The notes under the pieces: model-generated
What the model saw: the letters and a program-made list of their open reading frames with translations, nothing else
Database searches by the model: none
Told to the model about the DNA's origin: nothing
Position numbers and translations under genes: made by a program
Origin: a virus
Lineage: Duplodnaviria > Heunggongvirae > Uroviricota > Caudoviricetes
Strand: one strand, 5' to 3'
Virus record (IMG/VR): IMGVR_UViG_2563366858_000008
Length of the DNA stretch: 39,834 bases
Shown here: positions 27,880 through 35,111 of the stretch, piece after piece
How the letters are laid out: every line of letters begins with the position of its first letter
Position numbering within the stretch: position 1 is the stretch's first letter

Positions 27880-27891
27880 GTGACATGTCAC
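27880..27891. repeat. 12-bp perfect palindrome GTGACATGTCAC, copy 3
   Basis: Contains the TGA stop of the 27888..28226 gene and abuts the RBS of the 27658..27870 gene. Confidence 0.8.
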
Positions 27892-28226
27892 ACTATTAAT
27901 TTTGTTTCATGCCAGCCTTTAGTCACCCAGCATTGCGAGTCACCATTGCACGGGCATGAATTAACTGGAACTCTCTCGCCGCACTTACCGCAACGTTTTC
28001 TGCTGATCGATTTTATACGCCCGCGCACGCGTGCATCATCCTGGCGGATCAGTAACGCTATATACTCACCAAATTCGTAAGGCACACGCCCGGGGCGACG
28101 CGTGGCGCAGTTCCGCTCCAGCATTTCAATTTCCTGAGCATCAAGCACAATCTCCAGCTTACGTACACCGGATGCAGCTTGTCTGGCTCTCTGAGCGGCT
28201 TTGCGCTCTGCTGCTGATTTAGCCAT
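27888..28226 (-). CDS. Zinc-ribbon protein (candidate late-gene regulator)
   Basis: Start MAKSAAERK at ATG 28226 (in-frame ATG 28232 and GTG 28238 upstream); C-terminal CGKCG...CPCNG four-Cys motif; last regulatory-sized gene before the late-operon terminator. Confidence 0.5.
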   Translation of the reverse strand: MAKSAAERKAAQRARQAASGVRKLEIVLDAQEIEMLERNCATRRPGRVPYEFGEYIALLIRQDDARVRGRIKSISRKRCGKCGERVPVNSCPCNGDSQCWVTKGWHETKLIV

Positions 28227-28311
28227 TACCATATCCACCCAATTTCACCAGACATAATTCTCGCAATCACTATCATAACCAAAGTGATAATCACAACTTT
28301 AACTGGCGGCA

Positions 28312-29259
28312 TTATTCACCATCCTGCTCAGGCGGTTCTGGCAGCGGCATCCAGTGTGATGGAATCCACGACGCACCAGGAATTATCCAACCATCATTAG
28401 CGTCAGGATGTCCCGGTATGTAAGTCGCCCATTTCATTCGCCAGTCACCTTTCCTGTCAAACTCCACGGCAACAAGAACGGCTGTTTTGGTATCCGGCAT
28501 TCGCTCACTACAGCTTATCCAACCATCCGGAGTTACCGGATAGTTGCCAGCCAGTCTACGCAAAACAGCCTTAACAGCCTCAATACGGTCATCATCGCAA
28601 TTTTCCAGCGTATCTATGCGGTCGAGCATGATGATTGCGTTATCAATATCAGGATTGCCGGTCCACTCATTACCGCGATTGGATTCGGCAGCCTGGTTGC
28701 CACGTACTGGTTGATTCTCGGCTTTACCCTGTCTGTCGTCGCTGCATGAATGCCCTTCCAGCCAGACCAGTGCTTGTCGCATGAAATACGCAATATGCTT
28801 GCCGTGGTAATCGTCTTCATCGATGTGAAAAGCGATACTGCGGATATATTCAATTGCGTTTTCAATGGCCTCTAACGCTATCGGTGCTGGCGGAGTGGTA
28901 TATAGTTTTCGACATTTGTTTATCCAACCGGCATGGTCAGGCGTGTCTGTAAAGCGCAAATCGTCTTCGTAGCCCTCACGACTACGTTCTTTCCATTCCG
29001 TCCACGGAACACCGCTATTCCAAGTGGGGCGAGTGCAGGACTGATACAGAACAGGCTCTGCTTCCAGCGATGCCAGCACAATTCGTGCCAGCTCACGCAC
29101 TACTTCCGGGGGCGCGTAACGGTCATTCAGGTCATCCCACAGGCGTAGCATGTTATCGCTACTAGGGTGAACATCCTCGTTAGTTCCGGCAAGCGCACTA
29201 ATAACCTCATCGGCTGCCTCAATAATTTTCAGAGCTTGTTCTCTGGTAATAGTGGTCAT
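28312..29259 (-). CDS. DUF551-type phage protein
   Basis: 315 aa; C-terminal WMPLPEPP motif typical of DUF551 (recalled); ATGA overlap with upstream gene. Confidence 0.55.
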   Translation of the reverse strand: MTTITREQALKIIEAADEVISALAGTNEDVHPSSDNMLRLWDDLNDRYAPPEVVRELARIVLASLEAEPVLYQSCTRPTWNSGVPWTEWKERSREGYEDDLRFTDTPDHAGWINKCRKLYTTPPAPIALEAIENAIEYIRSIAFHIDEDDYHGKHIAYFMRQALVWLEGHSCSDDRQGKAENQPVRGNQAAESNRGNEWTGNPDIDNAIIMLDRIDTLENCDDDRIEAVKAVLRRLAGNYPVTPDGWISCSERMPDTKTAVLVAVEFDRKGDWRMKWATYIPGHPDANDGWIIPGASWIPSHWMPLPEPPEQDGE

Positions 29260-29771
29260 GCCGCGTTTCCTTCTTTCTTATTAACAATTACACCGTCATA
29301 TATTTCATTAAGGTGCCCTCTCAACTCCATGCGCCTTAATGCAGATAACATGTAATCGCATTCAACCTGCTTATTTCCAGTAAATGGCTTATCGTCAGGA
29401 TTACCCCAACAGCAATTACCCTTGGGCCACCCATGTACTTTCCGTACTCTTCCGTTAACAACGTGAAGTAATCCCCAGCCAGGTGGTAAATCCTCAATTG
29501 AAATAATTCCCGGCTCACTAATAAAGAATCGCCAGTCGCCCATTCCAAGAGACGGATTTTTACGAAAACGCTTTTTTCTATCTGCCAACAAGTCAGCACG
29601 AGAACATTTCGCCTCTATCAGGCATGATGCTGAATTTCTGAATCCCATAGCATCTGGCTGTTCTCCGGTACTGGTTACAGCTATAAAGCGGTCATGAAAA
29701 CAAACCTTGAACCCGTTGCGCTTAAGGAACTTGTACGCAATCTGACAGAGTTCGCGGTGTGTTAACGCCAT
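29256..29771 (-). CDS. PD-(D/E)xK nuclease-like protein
   Basis: Start MALTHRELC at ATG 29771; motif PDAMGF...CLIEAKC resembles a PD-(D/E)xK catalytic core. Confidence 0.45.
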   Translation of the reverse strand: MALTHRELCQIAYKFLKRNGFKVCFHDRFIAVTSTGEQPDAMGFRNSASCLIEAKCSRADLLADRKKRFRKNPSLGMGDWRFFISEPGIISIEDLPPGWGLLHVVNGRVRKVHGWPKGNCCWGNPDDKPFTGNKQVECDYMLSALRRMELRGHLNEIYDGVIVNKKEGNAA

Positions 29772-29772
29772 A

Positions 29773-30405
29773 TCACTCTCCTTTGATGCGAATGCCAGCG
29801 GCGCGTGGCACATTAACTTCCACGATGCGCACAGTTGGTTTGTACATCTCAATCGCTGTCAGCCAGTCAGCGCCAGTCATGCGCTTTTCTGCATCGCCAT
29901 TAGTCCACTTAACCGGTACACCAATAGCCTTCATCGCGATTTCTATTTCCCCGGCAATGGCGCTTTTTCCGCAACCAGTAAAACCAGAAACAACGACAAG
30001 AACTTCACCTTTGGCTGGTTTTATTTCCCGTGCTTCCAGTTCAGCAATACGCTTACTCCCATCCGAGATAACACCTTCGTAATACTCGCGTTGCTCGTTG
30101 AGTTTTGATTTTGCTTCCTCAAGCTCAACACGCAGTTTCCCTACCGTTAGCGCAATATCCTCGTTCTCCTGATCGCGGCGTTTTATGTATTGCTGGTTTC
30201 TTTCCCGTTCATCCAGCAGCGCCAGCACGGTTTCTGGTCCGGCCAGAAATTTGAAGGCGTTGAGCGCATCAATATCCACACCGTAATCTTTAAGTTCCTG
30301 TTCACTTAACAAATCATCATCAGATGGCAACATTAACAGGCGTTCCATTGCTGGAATTGCACGTTCCGCCACCTCACGCAGTGCCTGGTAATTAATTTCG
30401 CTCAC
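29773..30405 (-). CDS. Ea22-like early protein with C-terminal P-loop-like motif
   Basis: N-terminus MSEINYQALREVAE resembles ead/Ea22-like proteins (recalled); C-terminal VVVSGFTGCGKS is Walker-A-like. Confidence 0.5.
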   Translation of the reverse strand: MSEINYQALREVAERAIPAMERLLMLPSDDDLLSEQELKDYGVDIDALNAFKFLAGPETVLALLDERERNQQYIKRRDQENEDIALTVGKLRVELEEAKSKLNEQREYYEGVISDGSKRIAELEAREIKPAKGEVLVVVSGFTGCGKSAIAGEIEIAMKAIGVPVKWTNGDAEKRMTGADWLTAIEMYKPTVRIVEVNVPRAAGIRIKGE

Positions 30406-31022
30406 TGGTTGCCTCCTTTGCGAAGCTGGGCAGCAAAGTCAACTAACCACTCAGTCATTTCAACCTTCCCTACCAGGTCTGAACCAGGGTGCATACAGCA
30501 ATCACTCTGCGCCGCTTTGAAATCCTTATACTCATATTCTTGGGCCACCAGATTTTTTGCAGCTTCTATAGCAGCATCCACCCCCTGCGCCCGTACTTCA
30601 GCCAGAAAAGCATCGGTGGCTGGGGTGTCAACACGGATACTGTCGCGCAAGATGAAAAATGCATTGAGCATCCCAGTCTCCGGCACTTCATCCTGATACT
30701 TCTCATACGCATCAAGAGCCTTCATCATCTCAGGTCCGAATGGTTGAGGGTGCGCAGCCTTCAGCGCCGCATTCTCCGCTGCCAACGCCGAAAACTTCTC
30801 GTGTGCCAACTTAACAGCCGCATCAGCCTGCTTAATTGACTCAATCGCGCTCTGGTGGTCTTCGGCCAGCGCATTAGCACGCACCAGTTGCACTTCCAGT
30901 TGCGTTGCCAAATCGCTGAGCAGCTTTGCCACACTGCGCATATCAACGGCACCACATTCAGCTTTCAGTTCCGAAGCCATCTCATGCCCGGCGGCAACTA
31001 ACCCTTTGATATTACTTTCCAT
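30402..31022 (-). CDS. Hypothetical early protein
   Basis: 206 aa; ATGA overlap with downstream gene. Confidence 0.5.
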   Translation of the reverse strand: MESNIKGLVAAGHEMASELKAECGAVDMRSVAKLLSDLATQLEVQLVRANALAEDHQSAIESIKQADAAVKLAHEKFSALAAENAALKAAHPQPFGPEMMKALDAYEKYQDEVPETGMLNAFFILRDSIRVDTPATDAFLAEVRAQGVDAAIEAAKNLVAQEYEYKDFKAAQSDCCMHPGSDLVGKVEMTEWLVDFAAQLRKGGNQ

Positions 31023-31083
31023 CTTTACCCTCGCTTATCCACATAACTTATTGATTACATTGATAACTAAAAAGATCGTCGAT

Positions 31084-31428
31084 TCAGAACTCTTCGATGT
31101 TCCAGCCACCACCTGCTTTCTTTGGTTTAACCGTTACCCCGATGATTCGGAACGGATACTGATCTGCGGCGACTTTGGTTTTCACCCTGGCGTCGTCGGT
31201 CCAGAAACCTTTCACTTCGTGCAGTTCCATCTCGCCGGTGGCGAGCATCACAGCGAAATCGGGCGTATAGAACGTGTTGTCAGCTAACCGCAGCTTGATA
31301 CCCTCGAATCGATACCAGGCGATTTCCCCTGCACGTTTACGCTGCTCAAGGTGCTGGCAATACACAGATTCTGTTTTGTTCATCTGGCCTGTTTTGAGTC
31401 GACCAAGAGCCTGTATCTGTTTTCTCAT
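31084..31428 (-). CDS. DUF1064-type nin-region protein
   Basis: GAGGT RBS 5 nt before ATG 31428; 114 aa; family assignment from memory. Confidence 0.5.
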   Translation of the reverse strand: MRKQIQALGRLKTGQMNKTESVYCQHLEQRKRAGEIAWYRFEGIKLRLADNTFYTPDFAVMLATGEMELHEVKGFWTDDARVKTKVAADQYPFRIIGVTVKPKKAGGGWNIEEF

Positions 31429-31431
31429 GAT

Positions 31432-31446
31432 TTACCTCTAAGGTAA
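31432..31446. promoter_or_regulatory. Operator-like inverted repeat TTACCTCTAAGGTAA (perfect)
   Basis: Overlaps RBS/leader of the 31084..31428 gene. Confidence 0.6.
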
Positions 31447-31474
31447 TTAAAAACCACATAAGACACGAAATCAA
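31446..31474 (-). promoter_or_regulatory. Candidate sigma70 promoter for the nin-like operon
   Basis: Minus strand TTGATT, 17-bp spacer, TTTAAT; flanked by operator-like repeats at 31432 and 31494. Confidence 0.4.
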
Positions 31475-31493
31475 TAGAGCTTAGAATATTTTA

Positions 31494-31508
31494 TTACCCG
31501 ACAGGTAA
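31494..31508. promoter_or_regulatory. Operator-like inverted repeat TTACCCGACAGGTAA (perfect)
   Basis: Just downstream (minus strand) of the terminator-like hairpin after the P-like gene. Confidence 0.6.
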
Positions 31509-31520
31509 TTGTTGAGACGT

Positions 31521-31540
31521 AAAAAAATGCGCTATCGCGC
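31521..31540 (-). terminator. Weak terminator-like hairpin after the P-like gene (tR2-like position)
   Basis: GCGC-gata-GCGC followed by T7 on the minus strand; stem is short. Confidence 0.35.
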
Positions 31541-31545
31541 TGGTA

Positions 31546-32331
31546 TTACTTGATAAATCCTGACGCCTTTCCCCGCCTGTATTCCTCCATCAGCCACTGC
31601 GCCGGTGTTATTCCCCCCAGGGTGGCGGCGTTAGGCATGCACCCGAAACTTCGCCCTGGCGGGTGGTAAACGTCTCTCCCTGTGTCCGGAGGCGTACTCA
31701 TGGGTTCTGGCTTTGCCTGTATGCTGATCACCGGATCGGGTATCTGCTGCCCGGAAGCCACCTTTTTCGCCCAATCATCGAGCAGCCTGCGCGCGTGTTT
31801 CTCAACCTCAATCTCGCTAAGCTGGCGCTGATACATTGCACGGCGGGTATCACATACGACCCAGTACATAACCGGATGCCGCCACGGGAATCTTTCGGGA
31901 CCACCAGGATATAAACTTTTTTCCTTGCTGTACCGGTGAAACTCCGCCATCACATCGTCAATGGTGACGCCAAGAACCATCTTGCTGTCTTTACACCACT
32001 TGATAAATTGCCCTGGCGACGGCCAGAACGGAGATTCACTGGCGCGGGCGTGGCGCATACCAGCAGAAACCTGTTCACGGGTTCGGATCCCCCCTTCGGC
32101 AAACGCAGCAATCCACTGCTGTTTTGCAGCAACTTCCTGCTCTGGCGTCTTCAGGTTGGTTACTACTGCCGCCGGAAACAGTTGTTTCAGCTGTTTGAAA
32201 AGGGCATCAACAAGCCTCTCTGCTGACATGTTCACCACATTGTCATTGTTGACGTACTGATGCTCATAACCTGACATGCGAGAAAGGGCTTCTCCGTCAC
32301 GGTTTTGTATCGCGGTAAAAACGTTGTTCAC
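31546..32331 (-). CDS. Replication protein P-like (helicase loader)
   Basis: Segment FPAAVVTNL...WIAAFAEGGIRTREQVSAGMRHARASESPFWPSPGQFIKWCK aligns with lambda P (recalled); GGAGGA RBS before GTG 32331, overlapping the O-like stop (GTGA). Confidence 0.8.
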   Translation of the reverse strand: MNNVFTAIQNRDGEALSRMSGYEHQYVNNDNVVNMSAERLVDALFKQLKQLFPAAVVTNLKTPEQEVAAKQQWIAAFAEGGIRTREQVSAGMRHARASESPFWPSPGQFIKWCKDSKMVLGVTIDDVMAEFHRYSKEKSLYPGGPERFPWRHPVMYWVVCDTRRAMYQRQLSEIEVEKHARRLLDDWAKKVASGQQIPDPVISIQAKPEPMSTPPDTGRDVYHPPGRSFGCMPNAATLGGITPAQWLMEEYRRGKASGFIK

Positions 32332-33167
32332 AAGAAATCCTCCCACGCTTCAGGGCTGTTCCAGTGCGGAACGTTGTTATCAGGTAATGTTGATTGCTTC
32401 TGTCTGCTAATCTGCAGCCGCCTTCCCAGCTTCTGCTCCCACTGTGCCTGATGGTATGCCTTACCCTCAGCCATCCAGTAAATTCTGAACTCTGCAAGTT
32501 CCTGTGCCGTTGGCAGACTGTCCAGGTAGATCCCCTGCAATGAGCTTTTCCGAAGAAAGTCATCTGATGGTTGCCATTGTTCATGCATGACAAATTTGCC
32601 TAATTGCCCTGGCCCACCAGGAGGAACAAAGTTATTCATCACGGCGTTGTTTGCGCCGGGGTCATGAGGCACAGAATCCCCGGTTTTTGTCCTGCTCTCC
32701 CTCTCTTGGTTAAATGACTGGTTATATGACTGGTTCTGGATCCCGTTTTTGGGATCATTCAACATCCCGTTTTTGGGATCATTCAACATCCCGTTTTTGG
32801 GATCATTCAACATCCCGTTTTTGGGTATATTCCCGTTTTCGGGAACATTACCGTTTTCGGGTTCATTACGTCCTTCTAGGTTGCCTTTAATGTTCCCTTT
32901 TTTGGTTATATTAAGAGAGAAAACCCGCACTCTTTTCGTCGCTCCCTTTCTCTCTCCGGTATCTGAAATAAGCCCCATTTTCATGAGCGATATAAGCCCG
33001 GCCTGCACGGTTTTTTTATTCAGGCAAGTGTCTTTAACGAGGCGTTCTATGCTGGGGTAGCAGAGGTTATATTCATCGGCTCTGTCAGCCATCGAGAGCA
33101 GTATGAGCTTTAATGACGAGCTACCTGGATCTGTCTCCCAGGCCCAATCTGTTGCATGTCTGCTCAT
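32328..33167 (-). CDS. Replication initiator O-like, with internal origin iterons
   Basis: N-terminal helix-turn-helix-like region; central NGMLNDPK x3 repeat encoded by DNA iterons; directly upstream of P-like gene. Confidence 0.7.
   Translation of the reverse strand: MSRHATDWAWETDPGSSSLKLILLSMADRADEYNLCYPSIERLVKDTCLNKKTVQAGLISLMKMGLISDTGERKGATKRVRVFSLNITKKGNIKGNLEGRNEPENGNVPENGNIPKNGMLNDPKNGMLNDPKNGMLNDPKNGIQNQSYNQSFNQERESRTKTGDSVPHDPGANNAVMNNFVPPGGPGQLGKFVMHEQWQPSDDFLRKSSLQGIYLDSLPTAQELAEFRIYWMAEGKAYHQAQWEQKLGRRLQISRQKQSTLPDNNVPHWNSPEAWEDFL
32741..32866. repeat. Origin-like iteron array inside the O-like gene
   Basis: Three exact 24-bp units TCCCGTTTTTGGGATCATTCAACA (32741, 32765, 32789) then three degenerate 18-bp units, each with a CCCG-T(4-5)-GGG dyad; AT-rich stretch follows. 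Confidence 0.75.
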
Positions 33168-33182
33168 GATTAATCTCCGCTA

Positions 33183-33383
33183 TCAGCTTGAGTGTTGTGG
33201 GGAGGAATTAATCATGATCTGCTTAATCTCTGCCCTGATGCGACGGTTTGATTCCATGGTGCACTCAACACAGTGTCCGTTGTAAACCCAGCGTTCACTG
33301 TCATGTCCGTGCTTACATGGTTTTCCGGTGTAGTAGCGTTTAAGTCCGCGCTTTGCGGCATCAATACGTGTAATGATTTCCAT
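33183..33383 (-). CDS. Small zinc-binding protein
   Basis: Start MEIITRIDAAKRG at ATG 33383; CKHGH...CVEC motif; 66 aa. Confidence 0.45.
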   Translation of the reverse strand: MEIITRIDAAKRGLKRYYTGKPCKHGHDSERWVYNGHCVECTMESNRRIRAEIKQIMINSSPQHSS

Positions 33384-33463
33384 GGTAAGCCCTGTTATTA
33401 GTATTGGGATTACGGTTATTTTGTGCTGACACAAAAAAAAGATCAACCAGATTTGGTTTTTTG

Positions 33464-33478
33464 TTACCTTTTAGGTAC
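33464..33478. promoter_or_regulatory. Operator-like repeat TTACCTTTTAGGTAC (1 mismatch)
   Basis: Between the terminator after the cro-like gene and the next gene. Confidence 0.45.
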
Positions 33479-33480
33479 GA

Positions 33481-33511
33481 ATAGATATGAAAAGACCGCC
33501 GGATGGCGGTC
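33481..33511 (-). terminator. Intrinsic terminator after the cro-like gene (tR1-like position)
   Basis: GACCGCC-atcc-GGCGGTC followed by TTTTCATATCTAT on the minus strand. Confidence 0.65.
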
Positions 33512-33533
33512 TACAGAGGGTTGTGGCTGGATA

Positions 33534-33764
33534 TCATGAGTAGAAGAAGTACGCCAGTTCTGCTTTTGAGCGCAGCCATCGTCTTGTTTTACAGGCTTTA
33601 AAAAGCCCATTCATCAATACCTTACCTGGCATTTTGCGCTTACCTGTTAAGTGAGTCTGGATATAGTGACTCGTCGTTCCGGCTTCCTGTGCGAAGGCTT
33701 CACGCTCATCCGGAGTAAGTGCAAGCCAGTGTTTTTTGAAATCGAAATGTCCGTTATCGCTCAT
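33534..33764 (-). CDS. Cro-like small regulator
   Basis: 76 aa; divergent from the repressor gene across the three-site operator region. Confidence 0.5.
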   Translation of the reverse strand: MSDNGHFDFKKHWLALTPDEREAFAQEAGTTSHYIQTHLTGKRKMPGKVLMNGLFKACKTRRWLRSKAELAYFFYS

Positions 33765-33800
33765 AGCTATTGCCTGATATTTATTTCAGATAATAAATAT

Positions 33801-33815
33801 TCACCCATAAGGTAA
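33801..33815. promoter_or_regulatory. Operator site TCACCCATAAGGTAA (1 mismatch)
   Basis: First of three sites in the cro/cI intergenic region. Confidence 0.55.
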
Positions 33816-33831
33816 CAAAAATCAAGGATAG

Positions 33832-33846
33832 TTACCCATGGGGTGC
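33832..33846. promoter_or_regulatory. Operator site TTACCCATGGGGTGC (2 mismatches)
   Basis: Middle site; 17 bp centre-to-centre from the next. Confidence 0.45.
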
Positions 33847-33848
33847 AT

Positions 33849-33863
33849 TTACCTGTTGGGTAA
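33849..33863. promoter_or_regulatory. Operator site TTACCTGTTGGGTAA (perfect)
   Basis: Third site of the tripartite operator. Confidence 0.65.
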
Positions 33864-33918
33864 TATTGCTTTAAATTGAATCATCTACTGATTCATATAT
33901 GAGGCGATTTTCCAGAAA

Positions 33919-34503
33919 ATGAAAAGTATCCAGGACGTCCGCAGGCAAAATCTCAACGACTTGATCGACCGTGAATTCAATGGTGTTCAGACGCGGATGG
34001 CAGAAAAACTTGGAACTCAGGCAAATCTGGTAAACCGCTGGGCTCTTGGCAAGAAGGTTATCGGCGACCAGGTTGCGCGAAAAATTGAAGCTGCCGCCAA
34101 TAAACCCCGTAACTGGCTTGATATCGATCGCTCGCTTTCTCAGGAAGGTTTTCAGCCTGTCGGCCCAAGCGACATTGGTCAGCTGGCGGCTCACAACCTG
34201 GAACGCTGGATGAGCGAAAGCCGCGACCTTTCAACACAGGGAAAACTTCACCGCGCATCCGGCGTCGCCCAGGTGACAATCAGCCGCCTGTTAAACAATG
34301 AGGTCAGCGTTTCCATTTCCACCCTGGAGAATGTTGCATCCGCATTCGGGCGTCACGGCTATGAATTACTGATTCACCCGCACGACCCTGCGACTATCAA
34401 CTATGACCGCTCGCGCTACGCATTGTTACCCGAAACAGAGAAGGCAAAGATCGAAAGTTACATTGAATTTGTCATCAGCCAGAACGAAAAAAACAAACAA
34501 TAA
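33919..34503 (+). CDS. Prophage repressor, tandem HTH (XRE-type), no autocleavage domain (cI-like)
   Basis: Two HTH-like segments (QTRMAEKLGTQANLVNRW and ASGVAQVTISRLL); 194 aa, no room for an S24 peptidase domain; divergent from cro-like gene. Confidence 0.7.
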   Translation: MKSIQDVRRQNLNDLIDREFNGVQTRMAEKLGTQANLVNRWALGKKVIGDQVARKIEAAANKPRNWLDIDRSLSQEGFQPVGPSDIGQLAAHNLERWMSESRDLSTQGKLHRASGVAQVTISRLLNNEVSVSISTLENVASAFGRHGYELLIHPHDPATINYDRSRYALLPETEKAKIESYIEFVISQNEKNKQ

Positions 34504-34523
34504 AATCATATTTTTCAGTAAGT

Positions 34524-34550
34524 AAGCCGCCTCATGGCGGCTTTTTTATT
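34524..34550 (+). terminator. Intrinsic terminator after the repressor gene
   Basis: AAGCCGCC-tcat-GGCGGCTT followed by TTTTTATT. Confidence 0.75.
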
Positions 34551-34560
34551 GCCAGCAAGA

Positions 34561-34575
34561 TTACCTTATGGGTAA
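34561..34575. promoter_or_regulatory. Operator site TTACCTTATGGGTAA (perfect)
   Basis: Upstream flank of the early-left promoter. Confidence 0.65.
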
Positions 34576-34594
34576 TTTTTTTAACTCATATCTA

Positions 34595-34622
34595 TTGACA
34601 TCAAACCAGATACGCATAATCA
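34595..34622 (+). promoter_or_regulatory. Early-left promoter (PL-like)
   Basis: TTGACA, 16-bp spacer, TAATCA; bracketed by operator sites at 34561 and 34623. Confidence 0.55.
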
Positions 34623-34637
34623 TTACCTCAACGGTAA
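34623..34637. promoter_or_regulatory. Operator site TTACCTCAACGGTAA (perfect)
   Basis: Immediately after the -10; would cover the transcription start. Confidence 0.65.
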
Positions 34638-34656
34638 CAGACCGAGGTAACAAATT

Positions 34657-34809
34657 ATGCAGTGGAAAATCATCAACGGTTGGTACTGCGTTACTGCATG
34701 CGGATTCATGAGCTGGAAGTTCCGCACCTTACAGGAAGGCATTAAGTGGGCTTTCGTCAGCAAAGAAGCTCGCGATGTGGCCAACGATAACGAGATATGG
34801 GAGGGCTGA
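34657..34809 (+). CDS. Small first gene of the early-left operon (50 aa)
   Basis: GAGGTAA RBS 6 nt before ATG; Trp-rich peptide; below the ORF-track length cut-off. Confidence 0.4.
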   Translation: MQWKIINGWYCVTACGFMSWKFRTLQEGIKWAFVSKEARDVANDNEIWEG

Positions 34810-34811
34810 TA

Positions 34812-35111
34812 ATGAACGTTAATCAGCAGAAAAATCTTCAAAAAATCATGCTGGCATTCGACAAGGACTACCGCCTGTCAGAACAGCTATATGACCGACA
34901 AGTTGAACTGATTGAGAGCATCCGACTTCATCAACTGTCCTCAACTTTCGACGTTGTAACAGGCAAAGGCGTTCGCCAGGAAGTACTGGAGGCTGCTAAA
35001 GACAGCCCTGAGTTCGAAGAACTGATGGATGCCTATCGGCGAGAGGCAATGGCAATTATCGCCCGCTGGGATCTGGCGGATCAGCTTGATGGACAGAGGG
35101 ACGCGGCATGA
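34812..35111 (+). CDS. Hypothetical early protein
   Basis: Start MNVNQQK with GGGAGGG RBS; stop overlaps exonuclease start (ATGA). Confidence 0.5.
   Translation: MNVNQQKNLQKIMLAFDKDYRLSEQLYDRQVELIESIRLHQLSSTFDVVTGKGVRQEVLEAAKDSPEFEELMDAYRREAMAIIARWDLADQLDGQRDAA

Noticed and set aside
32741-32866. Tandem repeats as a possible CRISPR array
   Set aside because: Repeats are contiguous with no spacers, lie inside a coding sequence and are in frame; they fit replication-origin iterons.
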